DNA of 64,000 bases, from contig JAXLRM010000004.1 of the NCBI GenBank assembly GCA_046331095.1, forward strand, positions 132,316 through 196,315. The letters are read 5' to 3'. The translations under genes were made by a program, and so were the position numbers. The stretch is from Acidimicrobiia bacterium (GTDB lineage Bacteria; Actinomycetota; Acidimicrobiia; UBA2766). Below, piece by piece: positions 19,502 to 27,482 of this stretch (the stretch's first letter is position 1; each line of letters begins with the position of its first letter). Under the pieces are notes generated by a model. The model was given only the letters and a program-made list of their open reading frames with translations, made no database searches and had not been told where the DNA came from.

Positions 19502-20692
19502 ATGACGCAGAGCACGGACCAGCCGGCGGGCAATCCCGTCGGGGCCGCAGGTGACGGAGGTGGAGCGGCGTCGCCGCGGCCGTGGGTGGTCGTCGTGGTC
19601 GTCTCCGGCGTGGTCCTCGGCTCGCTGGCGGTGGCGCTCGTGGTCTACCTCGTCACCGGGCACAGCGGTGGCGCATCGGGTTCCGCCACGAGGTGGCTCG
19701 CCTACACGGGATCCGACGGCACCGACGTGATGAGAGTGGATCTGGGACCCGGCGGCGAAGCCGTGCCGGCGCCACCGCCCCCGTCCGCTCCCAGGGAAGC
19801 GAGATCCTTCGTCTCCGGCGACGGCGTGAAGGTGGACGTGCGCACGCTCACCCTCTACAACGAGACCTGGGACGACAAGGAACAGCTCGACGGCCTCGTC
19901 GGCGACTACGAGACCGAGACTCTGAGCGGCTGCCGCGAGAAGGAGACGCCGGCCGCGGGTGACGCGCCGCTGCCGACGGCGACGCCGGCCACCGGCATGT
20001 TCGTGCGGGTCACGCTCGACTGCGGGGCGGGTGGCAGTGGTGGGGTCGACGAGATCTACGCCTTCGTGGCCCAGCCCGAGCGTGTGAATGCCGAGAACGT
20101 CCGGCGTGACTGGGTTCTCGTGAACGCATCCGGCCACGAGACCGGTGCCGTGAGCCGCACCCTGGAGAAGGCCGTGGCGACGCTCGACCTCGACCCCCAG
20201 GGCGACGCCGGCGCGGAGGCCGACGGCCACGTGCCGCCCGACCCGGGCACGGCGCGCAACACCGCAACAGGCGTCTGGGACGGCTCGGCACAGTACAGCT
20301 TCCCGGCAGGCTGGAGCCTCGTCGGGACCGGCGGCATGCAGTTCGTGGCGCCTGCGGACGTGGGTATCGACGCGGTGCGCGACTACCGCAGCCCCGGCAT
20401 CGTGATCGGGCGCGAGGACTTCAAGCCCGGTGGCTCCCGGTCGGAGTCGACCCTGGTCGACAAGCTCGTCGGGACGTACTCCCAGCTCGCCTCCGAGCAT
20501 GGCTGCTCCGAGCGCACCGACTTGGAGCCGTCGGGGGAGGCGAGGGCCGAGATCCGCTGGACCGGCTGCCCGAACGGGTTCGTGGACCACGTCGTCGTAT
20601 ACCCGGGCGACTCCGGCGGGATGATCCTGGTCTCGGTGCGGGCGTCGAACGAGCAGGTCGCGTCCGACCTCGCGCACGAGCTCGCCGGCTGA
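19502..20692 (+). CDS. Hypothetical membrane-anchored protein
   Basis: 396 aa with good GC3 coding bias. A single N-terminal TM helix (WVVVVVVSGVVLGSLAVALVVYLV) is followed by an extracytoplasmic region with paired Cys residues. I recognise no family. Confidence 0.55.
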   Translation: MTQSTDQPAGNPVGAAGDGGGAASPRPWVVVVVVSGVVLGSLAVALVVYLVTGHSGGASGSATRWLAYTGSDGTDVMRVDLGPGGEAVPAPPPPSAPREARSFVSGDGVKVDVRTLTLYNETWDDKEQLDGLVGDYETETLSGCREKETPAAGDAPLPTATPATGMFVRVTLDCGAGGSGGVDEIYAFVAQPERVNAENVRRDWVLVNASGHETGAVSRTLEKAVATLDLDPQGDAGAEADGHVPPDPGTARNTATGVWDGSAQYSFPAGWSLVGTGGMQFVAPADVGIDAVRDYRSPGIVIGREDFKPGGSRSESTLVDKLVGTYSQLASEHGCSERTDLEPSGEARAEIRWTGCPNGFVDHVVVYPGDSGGMILVSVRASNEQVASDLAHELAG

Positions 20693-21729
20693 TGGCGACC
20701 GGCGAACGGCAGATCTGGGGGCTGGTGACACCCCAGCTCCCAGCGGCGTTCCTCGCTGCATACGCCAAGCAGCTCGAGGACCGCGGCGTCGCAGGCGTGT
20801 TCGCACCGCAGTTGTACGGGCCGCCGTTCCTGCCCCTCGCCGCGGCAGCCACGTCGACGACGACGCTCGGTCTCGCGACCGGAATCGCGCTGGCGTTCGC
20901 GCGCAGCCCGTTCGAGACGGCGATGGCCGCCATGGACCTCGACCGGCTCTCCGGCGGTCGCTTCGTCCTCGGCATCGGGGCGAGCACCCGGGCGTGGAGC
21001 GGCGGTTTCTTCGGGATGCCCTACGGCAAGCCGCTGGCGCACCTGCGCGAGGTCGTCGAAGCCGTGCGCCTCGTCGTCGCCAACGCGCACCTGGGCGGGC
21101 TCTCCGGCTACGCGGGCGAATACGTCAACCTCGACTTCGGCGAGCTGCAGGCGACGCCGGCGCCGGTGCGGACCGAGATCCCGATCTGGGTCGCGGCGCT
21201 GCGGGCGCCTCTGGTCCGCCTCGCCGCCGAGATCGGCGACGGTGTGATCGGCCACCCGCTCTGGTCGATTCCCTGGGCGACCGAACAGGTGCCCCGCTGG
21301 ATCGACGAGGGCGCCGCACGTTCGGGGCGCACCCGCGACGACGTCCACGTGAACCTGTGGGTGTGGGCGGCGCCGGGCGAGGACGACGCCGCCGTGCTCG
21401 ACGACATCCGGCCGACGATCGCCTTCTACGGCGGGATGTCCCAGTACGAGGACTACTTCGCCTGGCACGGCTTCGGCGACGTCGCCAAGCGCCTCCAGGC
21501 CGGGGTCCAGCGCGGCGACTACGAGTCGGTCGCGGCCGAGGTCCCCGACGAGATGGTGCGCACCTTCGTCCTGACCGGCAGCCCCGACGCGTGCCGCTCA
21601 CGGCTCGAGGCGATCTGGGACGTCGCCGACTCGGTGACGCTGGCACCGCCCGTGTACGGGCTCGCTCCCGAACGCCAACTCGCACACCTCAACGCCGTCG
21701 CGGAGACGTTCTACCGGCCCCTGGGCTGA
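20692..21729 (+). CDS. LLM-class (luciferase-like) F420-dependent oxidoreductase
   Basis: 345 aa. TLGLATGIALAFARSPFETAMAAMDLDRLSGGRFVLGIGAS is typical of the LLM family. The start overlaps the upstream stop. Confidence 0.8.
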   Translation: MATGERQIWGLVTPQLPAAFLAAYAKQLEDRGVAGVFAPQLYGPPFLPLAAAATSTTTLGLATGIALAFARSPFETAMAAMDLDRLSGGRFVLGIGASTRAWSGGFFGMPYGKPLAHLREVVEAVRLVVANAHLGGLSGYAGEYVNLDFGELQATPAPVRTEIPIWVAALRAPLVRLAAEIGDGVIGHPLWSIPWATEQVPRWIDEGAARSGRTRDDVHVNLWVWAAPGEDDAAVLDDIRPTIAFYGGMSQYEDYFAWHGFGDVAKRLQAGVQRGDYESVAAEVPDEMVRTFVLTGSPDACRSRLEAIWDVADSVTLAPPVYGLAPERQLAHLNAVAETFYRPLG

Positions 21730-21746
21730 AGGGCGCGTCGGCAGGG

Positions 21747-22112
21747 TCAGTAGCTGAAGGTGACCGCGTTGTCGTCGCCGATCCAGTCCCACATCGGGAC
21801 GGTGCCGCCGATCTCGGCGCCGAGGATGAGGTCGCCCTTGTCGAGGCCCTTTGTGTCGAAGCAGATCGGGCACACCAGGTAGCGGCCGCCGGCGGAGCCG
21901 TAGCGCTCGACGAGGGTGCGCAGGGGTGGGCACCCGTCGCAGGCGGTGCCCGTGGCGACGCCGTCGACCGCGAGGCGGACCGCCTCCTTGGTGAGGAACA
22001 TCAGGGTCTCGCGGCCGCCTTCCGCGGCGCCCACGGCCACGAGGAAGGCGACGGTCACCTTCTCGGGGTCCTCGAGCCCGGTCGTGAGGCTGATCACTGC
22101 CTTGTTCGCCAT
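21747..22112 (-). CDS. DsrE/DsrF-like family protein
   Basis: 121 aa. VISLTTGLEDPEKVTVAFLVAVGAAEGG...FLTKEAVRL has a DsrE-like fold pattern. The C-terminal half is Cys-rich (CDGC, CPIC). AAGGAG is the SD. Confidence 0.7.
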   Translation of the reverse strand: MANKAVISLTTGLEDPEKVTVAFLVAVGAAEGGRETLMFLTKEAVRLAVDGVATGTACDGCPPLRTLVERYGSAGGRYLVCPICFDTKGLDKGDLILGAEIGGTVPMWDWIGDDNAVTFSY

Positions 22113-22117
22113 TGCAT

Positions 22118-22138
22118 CTCCTTGTGTCGCTCAAGGAG
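22118..22138 (-). promoter_or_regulatory. Hairpin sequestering the DsrE Shine-Dalgarno (or terminator of the upstream gene)
   Basis: The minus strand reads CTCCTTG-AGCGACA-CAAGGAG-ATGCA-ATG. The 7-bp stem includes the AAGGAG SD. Confidence 0.3.
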
Positions 22139-22180
22139 CACGGTGGCAGGAATCGTCGCGTGCGTCGTCGGGGATTCGCC

Positions 22181-23797
22181 CTACAGATCGAGCGGCTCGA
22201 GGCTGTCGAGCAGGCCGTGTTGCATGGCGAAGAGGGTGGCCGTGGAGCGGGTGGACGCACCGATCTTGGCGTAGATCCGCTCGATGTGCGTGCCTGCGGT
22301 CCTGGGGGATATGCCGAGGGTGTGCGCCACCTGCCGGTTGGAGGCCCCGCGGGCGATGAGCACCAGCACCTCGATCTCCCGACCCGTCAGACCGGCCGGT
22401 CCGCTGCGGCGCTTCCCCCGTCTCTGGCCCGCCGTGGCCAGCACGGCGTCGACGGCCTCGGCATCGAGGCGTCCCGCGCGGACGTCGGCTTGGAGGGCGG
22501 TGGCGGCGACCTGCGGACCGAGAGGCGGGCGGTGCGCTCGCGGCTCGGTCATCGCCTGGTAGACGTCCGCGGCCGCGAGGACGCGACCGGCGGTCGGGAT
22601 CGCCGCCCCGGAGAGGCCGTGGGGGTAGCCCGAGCCGTCGAGGCGTTCGTGGACGAGGCCCGCGAGCGAACCGATGCGTGCGAGCGCGGGTGGCCGGCTC
22701 AACATCCTCCCGGTGTAGTAGGCGCCCATGCGAACCCGCTCGAACTCGGTGTTGGTGAGCGGACCCGCCTTGTCGAGGATCGAGCCGGGCACGCCGTGCA
22801 GGCCGATGTCGTGGACCAGGGCGGCCCGGCGCAGGGTCGTGCTCTCCGCCTCGGCCATGCCGGATAGCGCTGCGGCGCCGGTGCAGAGCGAGGCCACCGC
22901 ACGCGAGTGCCCCGTCCGCGACGGGGAGCGCAGGTCGGTGAAGTCGGCGATGGTCTCGAGGGCGACGTCGAGCTCCGCCCCGGAGAGCTCCTGTTGGAGC
23001 TCGGGCTCGGCGTCGATGAGCGCGTTCCAGTCGGCCACGGTGTCGATGCCGTCGAGGACCTCGTTCGCGACGTCGCAGAACGTGTCGACGACGGCAGGGT
23101 CGAACTGCTCGCCACGCCGGTCACGGACGAGGTCGACGGCGGCGTCGACCCCGCCGGCGCGGTGGACGACCTCGACGCTGTCCGCGAGGTGGTACAGACG
23201 GATGGGCTGCGAGAGCTGGTCCCCGGCGATGCTCGACGGCACACCCTTGCCGTCCCAGCGGGCGAAGACCTGCTGCAGCGAATCGCCCACGTCGGGGTCG
23301 AGGCCGAGGCGCTCGGCCATGCGTGCCGTCGTCAGGCAGTGCGACATGAGGCCGCGTGTGACGGCGGCGCCCCCGGTGAGTGCGAGGCTCGTGGCGAGGC
23401 GCAGGCGGTGCAGCGCGGTGCCGCCCGCGCCCGCGTGGCCGAGCACCAGGCCGAGCATGGGGAGGCCTGCGTGGTCGACGCCGTAGCTGTCGCGGCGGAA
23501 CGCGATGTCGTCGCCGAAGAGCGCGGTCACCACGGGTGTGTCGGCGACGCAGCCGACCCACGCCAGGGTGACGACGTAGAAGAGGCGCCGGCGGTCTTCG
23601 GGGTCGAGGCCCAGGTGTGCGCCCAGGCGCGTGGCGATGAGCCACGCGCGGAGCATGTGCTCCATGGGCTGGCCGAGCCCGAGGTCGATGGCGAGCGAGA
23701 ACGCCGCGACCAGCTCGGCGAGGCGGACCCCCGACGGGGAGTCGCCGCGGACGGCGTGATCTGTGGGACCTGCAAGCCGGGCGGCATCGGCTTCCAT
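22181..23797 (-). CDS. HD-GYP domain / LuxR-family HTH transcriptional regulator
   Basis: 538 aa. HSRAV...LVHDIGLHGVP...HERLDGSGYP is the HD-GYP signature. The C-terminal LTGREIEVLVLIARGASNRQVAHTLGISPRTAGTHIERIYAKIG is a LuxR HTH. Confidence 0.8.
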   Translation of the reverse strand: MEADAARLAGPTDHAVRGDSPSGVRLAELVAAFSLAIDLGLGQPMEHMLRAWLIATRLGAHLGLDPEDRRRLFYVVTLAWVGCVADTPVVTALFGDDIAFRRDSYGVDHAGLPMLGLVLGHAGAGGTALHRLRLATSLALTGGAAVTRGLMSHCLTTARMAERLGLDPDVGDSLQQVFARWDGKGVPSSIAGDQLSQPIRLYHLADSVEVVHRAGGVDAAVDLVRDRRGEQFDPAVVDTFCDVANEVLDGIDTVADWNALIDAEPELQQELSGAELDVALETIADFTDLRSPSRTGHSRAVASLCTGAAALSGMAEAESTTLRRAALVHDIGLHGVPGSILDKAGPLTNTEFERVRMGAYYTGRMLSRPPALARIGSLAGLVHERLDGSGYPHGLSGAAIPTAGRVLAAADVYQAMTEPRAHRPPLGPQVAATALQADVRAGRLDAEAVDAVLATAGQRRGKRRSGPAGLTGREIEVLVLIARGASNRQVAHTLGISPRTAGTHIERIYAKIGASTRSTATLFAMQHGLLDSLEPLDL

Positions 23798-23861
23798 CGG
23801 CCAAGCATGGCACCACCTGGCGTGGTCTGCATCGCAGATTCCGGCGCCCCGCGGCCTGCGC

Positions 23862-26702
23862 TCAACAGGCAGGTTCGACGTCGACTCTCGTCGTGCGGTC
23901 GAAGGGGGCGGGCTGCCACTGGAACGGCGAGTAGCGCAGGTGACCCCAGTCGTTGACGAGGTGGAGCCACTTGACCATGCCGGCCTCGACCCGGGTCGAG
24001 TCGGCCCACTCCTCGAACCCGTACGGCTCCCATGCCGCGTAGAGGATCACCTGTCCGGGGCGCACGGTGGGCGAGAGGCGGGCGGCCACCGTGAACGAGC
24101 CGAGGTCGTTGTACACGCGCACGCGCGCGTCGTCGGCGATGCCCTTGGCGGCGGCAACGGCGCTGTTCACCACGAGCGTCGGATGGCCCCGTGTCGTCTG
24201 GAGCAGGACCGGGTTCGTGGCATTGCAGGCGTGGATGCTCCAGCGGGGGTGCCCGCCGGTGAGCACGAACTCGCGGCCCGCTCCGCCGGTGCCGGGCGCG
24301 GGCTTGTGCGTGGGCAGATCCTCGCCCGCCTCGAGGAACCACGGGTGGTCGACGTAGAACGTGGCACGTCCCGTGAGGGTGGGGTAGACCATGCCGTTCT
24401 CGATGCGCGAACGGTGCGCCGTGAACGTGCGCGTCGGGTCCATCGGAGCGCCGGCGGCGTTGGACCCCGGGAACGAGCCGTTGCCCACGATCGGCTCCCA
24501 GCCCCGCTTGCGCAGCGTCGCGAGCGAGCAGTCGTCCGCGACGACGCCCGCGAGCGCCGTGTCGCGGGCAAGCTCGTCGACCATCGCCTCGTCCGAGGCC
24601 AGCGCGCCGTTCATCGTGAAAGCCCGGTGGAGGTCGGCGAGGCGGCGCCGGCGCAGACGTCCGACGCGCCGGTCGCCGATGCCGCGCTCTTCCGCGCGCC
24701 GCGCGATCGCGGCGCAGATCGCGCCGAAGACCTGCCAGTCGCTGCGCGTCTCGCCTGCAGGTTCGACGGCCTTGTCCGAGAACACGAGCTCGTGGGAGTG
24801 CGACACCGGGTACTGCACGTTGACGCGCTCGGCCTCGTGGGCGACGGGCAGGATCACGTCGGCGTGCATCCCGGCGGAGTTGATCCGGTTGTCGAGGGAC
24901 ACGACCAGCGAGAGCTGGGGCCACAGGTTCTCCAACAGGATGCGGGCACCGCCGCGGGTGCGGCGCAGCGCGTTGGTGCCCGCCTCGATCAGGACCCGAG
25001 GCGGCTGGTCCGGTCCCGGCCGGATCAGCGGCGCCCACTGCGGCATCGCCTCTTCGACGTAGTCCATGAACGGGCGCGGGCTGTCGCCCCAGTCGGCGTT
25101 CTCCCAGATCGGCTGGTACCCGCAGTGGTTCAGCCAGAAGAAGAACGGCGGCGTCGTCGACGCCTGCGTCGCCGCCAGGTACGTGAGTTGGTGGAACGCG
25201 GTCGCCGGGAAGTGGCGGAAGCCGTCGTCGTCGGTGTGGGTCGCCAGCGAGCCGACGAGCGTGCTGATGCGCGTGTGGGCCTCCTCGCCGGCTTCGAGGC
25301 CGGCGCGGTCCTTCATCTCGACGAGGTAGGCGCCCTCGAAGGCCCAGCCGCACAGGGTGTCGTGTCCGGTGCCCTGCCTGCCCCAGTTGCCCGTGAGGGC
25401 GAGGAGCAGGTTCATGGCCCGCTCCATCAGGTCGCCGTGGTAGTGCTTGGCCGTGTCGAAGCCCTCGTGGAGCTTGGTCCTGGCCGACGCCACCTTGCGC
25501 GCCAGCGTGCGGATCGTGTCGGGATGGACGCCGCACTCGGCGGTCACCGCCTCGGGCGCGTACGTGCCGAGGCGGTCGCCCAGGAGCTCGAAGGCCGGGG
25601 TCACCGTCGCCTGCGTGCCGTCGTGCAGGGTCACCTCGAAGTGGCCGTGCAGCGGCGGCGCGAACTCGAAGCCGAGGCGGTCGTTGGCGACGAGGTGCGG
25701 CGCGCTCTCGCCCGGATCCCACACGTAGAAGCGGTCGTCGAGTCCGGACCTGTCGAGATCGCTCTGGCGCAGAAGCCGCCGCGTGTCGGTGCGCACGAGC
25801 AGGGACAGGTCGGTCTGGACGCGAACGAAGTCCTCGTCGACGAGGCCCTCGTCGAGGATCACCTTGCACATCGCGAGGCCGAGTGCGGCATCGCCGCCGG
25901 GCACGACCGGGACGAAGTAGTCGGCGTGGGGCGCCGACGGGCTGAAGTCGGGCGCGATCAGGACGACCTCGGCGCCGCGGTAGCGCGCCTCGGTCAGGTA
26001 GTGGAAGAACGGGATCCGCGTGTACGCGGGGTTGGCGTGCCAGACGAGGATCAGGTCGGCGAGGAACGTGTCCTCGGCGCTCGAGCCCGCCGCCATCGTC
26101 CCGAAGGTCAGGATGTGGCCGGCGGGCACGTCGTTGACCGTCGAGTTGCCGTCGAGGGACACGCAGCCGAGCGTGTTCGCGAACCGCATGTAGCCGCCGA
26201 TGGTCAGCATGCCACCCTCGGGGCCCTCGTCGACGAGGACGGCCTCGGGGCCGGATTCCTCGACCGCGTCGAGGATCGCGTCGGCGACCAGCGTCGTCGC
26301 CGCATCCCACGTGACGCGCTCCCACTCGCCCGAGCCGCGCGGGCCCTTGCGCCGCAGCGGGTACAGGACGCGGTCGGCGGAGTCGATCTGCACACTCCAG
26401 GCGACGCCCTTTTGGCACCCCATCGGGTTGCGGTCCGGCACGCCGTCCTGGGTCTGGGGGAACACCCCCGACTGCTCCTCGAAGCGGACTCCGCCGCCGC
26501 CGGCGAAGACCCGGTACGAGCACGTCGCGATGCAGTTCGTGCAGTGCGAGCCCCACGTCACCCGGTCGAAGACGAAGCGCCTGCGATAGGAGTCCTCGGT
26601 GGAGCGTGACGTGTCGCGCCGCCGCGGTGGGTCGTTGCCGACCGCCTCCGACTCGGGCTGCATGAGGCCGACCATCGCCGCTCCCCCTCGTGTGCGCACC
26701 AT
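23862..26702 (-). CDS. Molybdopterin (bis-MGD) oxidoreductase, NarG/type II DMSO-reductase-like catalytic subunit
   Basis: 946 aa. The N-terminal SHCTNCIATCSY has H-x3-C-x3-C spacing like the NarG FS0 motif. It is followed by NPMGCQKGVAWS and long molybdopterin-binding regions. Confidence 0.85.
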   Translation of the reverse strand: MVRTRGGAAMVGLMQPESEAVGNDPPRRRDTSRSTEDSYRRRFVFDRVTWGSHCTNCIATCSYRVFAGGGGVRFEEQSGVFPQTQDGVPDRNPMGCQKGVAWSVQIDSADRVLYPLRRKGPRGSGEWERVTWDAATTLVADAILDAVEESGPEAVLVDEGPEGGMLTIGGYMRFANTLGCVSLDGNSTVNDVPAGHILTFGTMAAGSSAEDTFLADLILVWHANPAYTRIPFFHYLTEARYRGAEVVLIAPDFSPSAPHADYFVPVVPGGDAALGLAMCKVILDEGLVDEDFVRVQTDLSLLVRTDTRRLLRQSDLDRSGLDDRFYVWDPGESAPHLVANDRLGFEFAPPLHGHFEVTLHDGTQATVTPAFELLGDRLGTYAPEAVTAECGVHPDTIRTLARKVASARTKLHEGFDTAKHYHGDLMERAMNLLLALTGNWGRQGTGHDTLCGWAFEGAYLVEMKDRAGLEAGEEAHTRISTLVGSLATHTDDDGFRHFPATAFHQLTYLAATQASTTPPFFFWLNHCGYQPIWENADWGDSPRPFMDYVEEAMPQWAPLIRPGPDQPPRVLIEAGTNALRRTRGGARILLENLWPQLSLVVSLDNRINSAGMHADVILPVAHEAERVNVQYPVSHSHELVFSDKAVEPAGETRSDWQVFGAICAAIARRAEERGIGDRRVGRLRRRRLADLHRAFTMNGALASDEAMVDELARDTALAGVVADDCSLATLRKRGWEPIVGNGSFPGSNAAGAPMDPTRTFTAHRSRIENGMVYPTLTGRATFYVDHPWFLEAGEDLPTHKPAPGTGGAGREFVLTGGHPRWSIHACNATNPVLLQTTRGHPTLVVNSAVAAAKGIADDARVRVYNDLGSFTVAARLSPTVRPGQVILYAAWEPYGFEEWADSTRVEAGMVKWLHLVNDWGHLRYSPFQWQPAPFDRTTRVDVEPAC

Positions 26703-26762
26703 GGGTCACGGTTATTGCACTGGGACGGAAACTAGTGCCGTGACCTTGCCACGCGGTCCCTG

Positions 26763-27473
<711 letters not shown>

Positions 27474-27482
27474 CGTCCAACC

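Noticed and set aside
20590-20640. GDSGG motif (trypsin-like serine protease signature) near the C-terminus of the hypothetical protein 19502..20692
   Set aside because: The motif lies only about 25 residues from the C-terminus. No upstream His or Asp catalytic contexts (TAAHC, DIAL-like) are visible, so it is most likely coincidental.
26560-26702. Possible twin-arginine (Tat) signal in the molybdoenzyme N-terminus (SYRRRFVF)
   Set aside because: The RRR motif is immediately followed by the FS0 cluster motif, with no hydrophobic h-region or AxA cleavage site. It corresponds to the conserved pre-FS0 segment of cytoplasmic NarG-like proteins.
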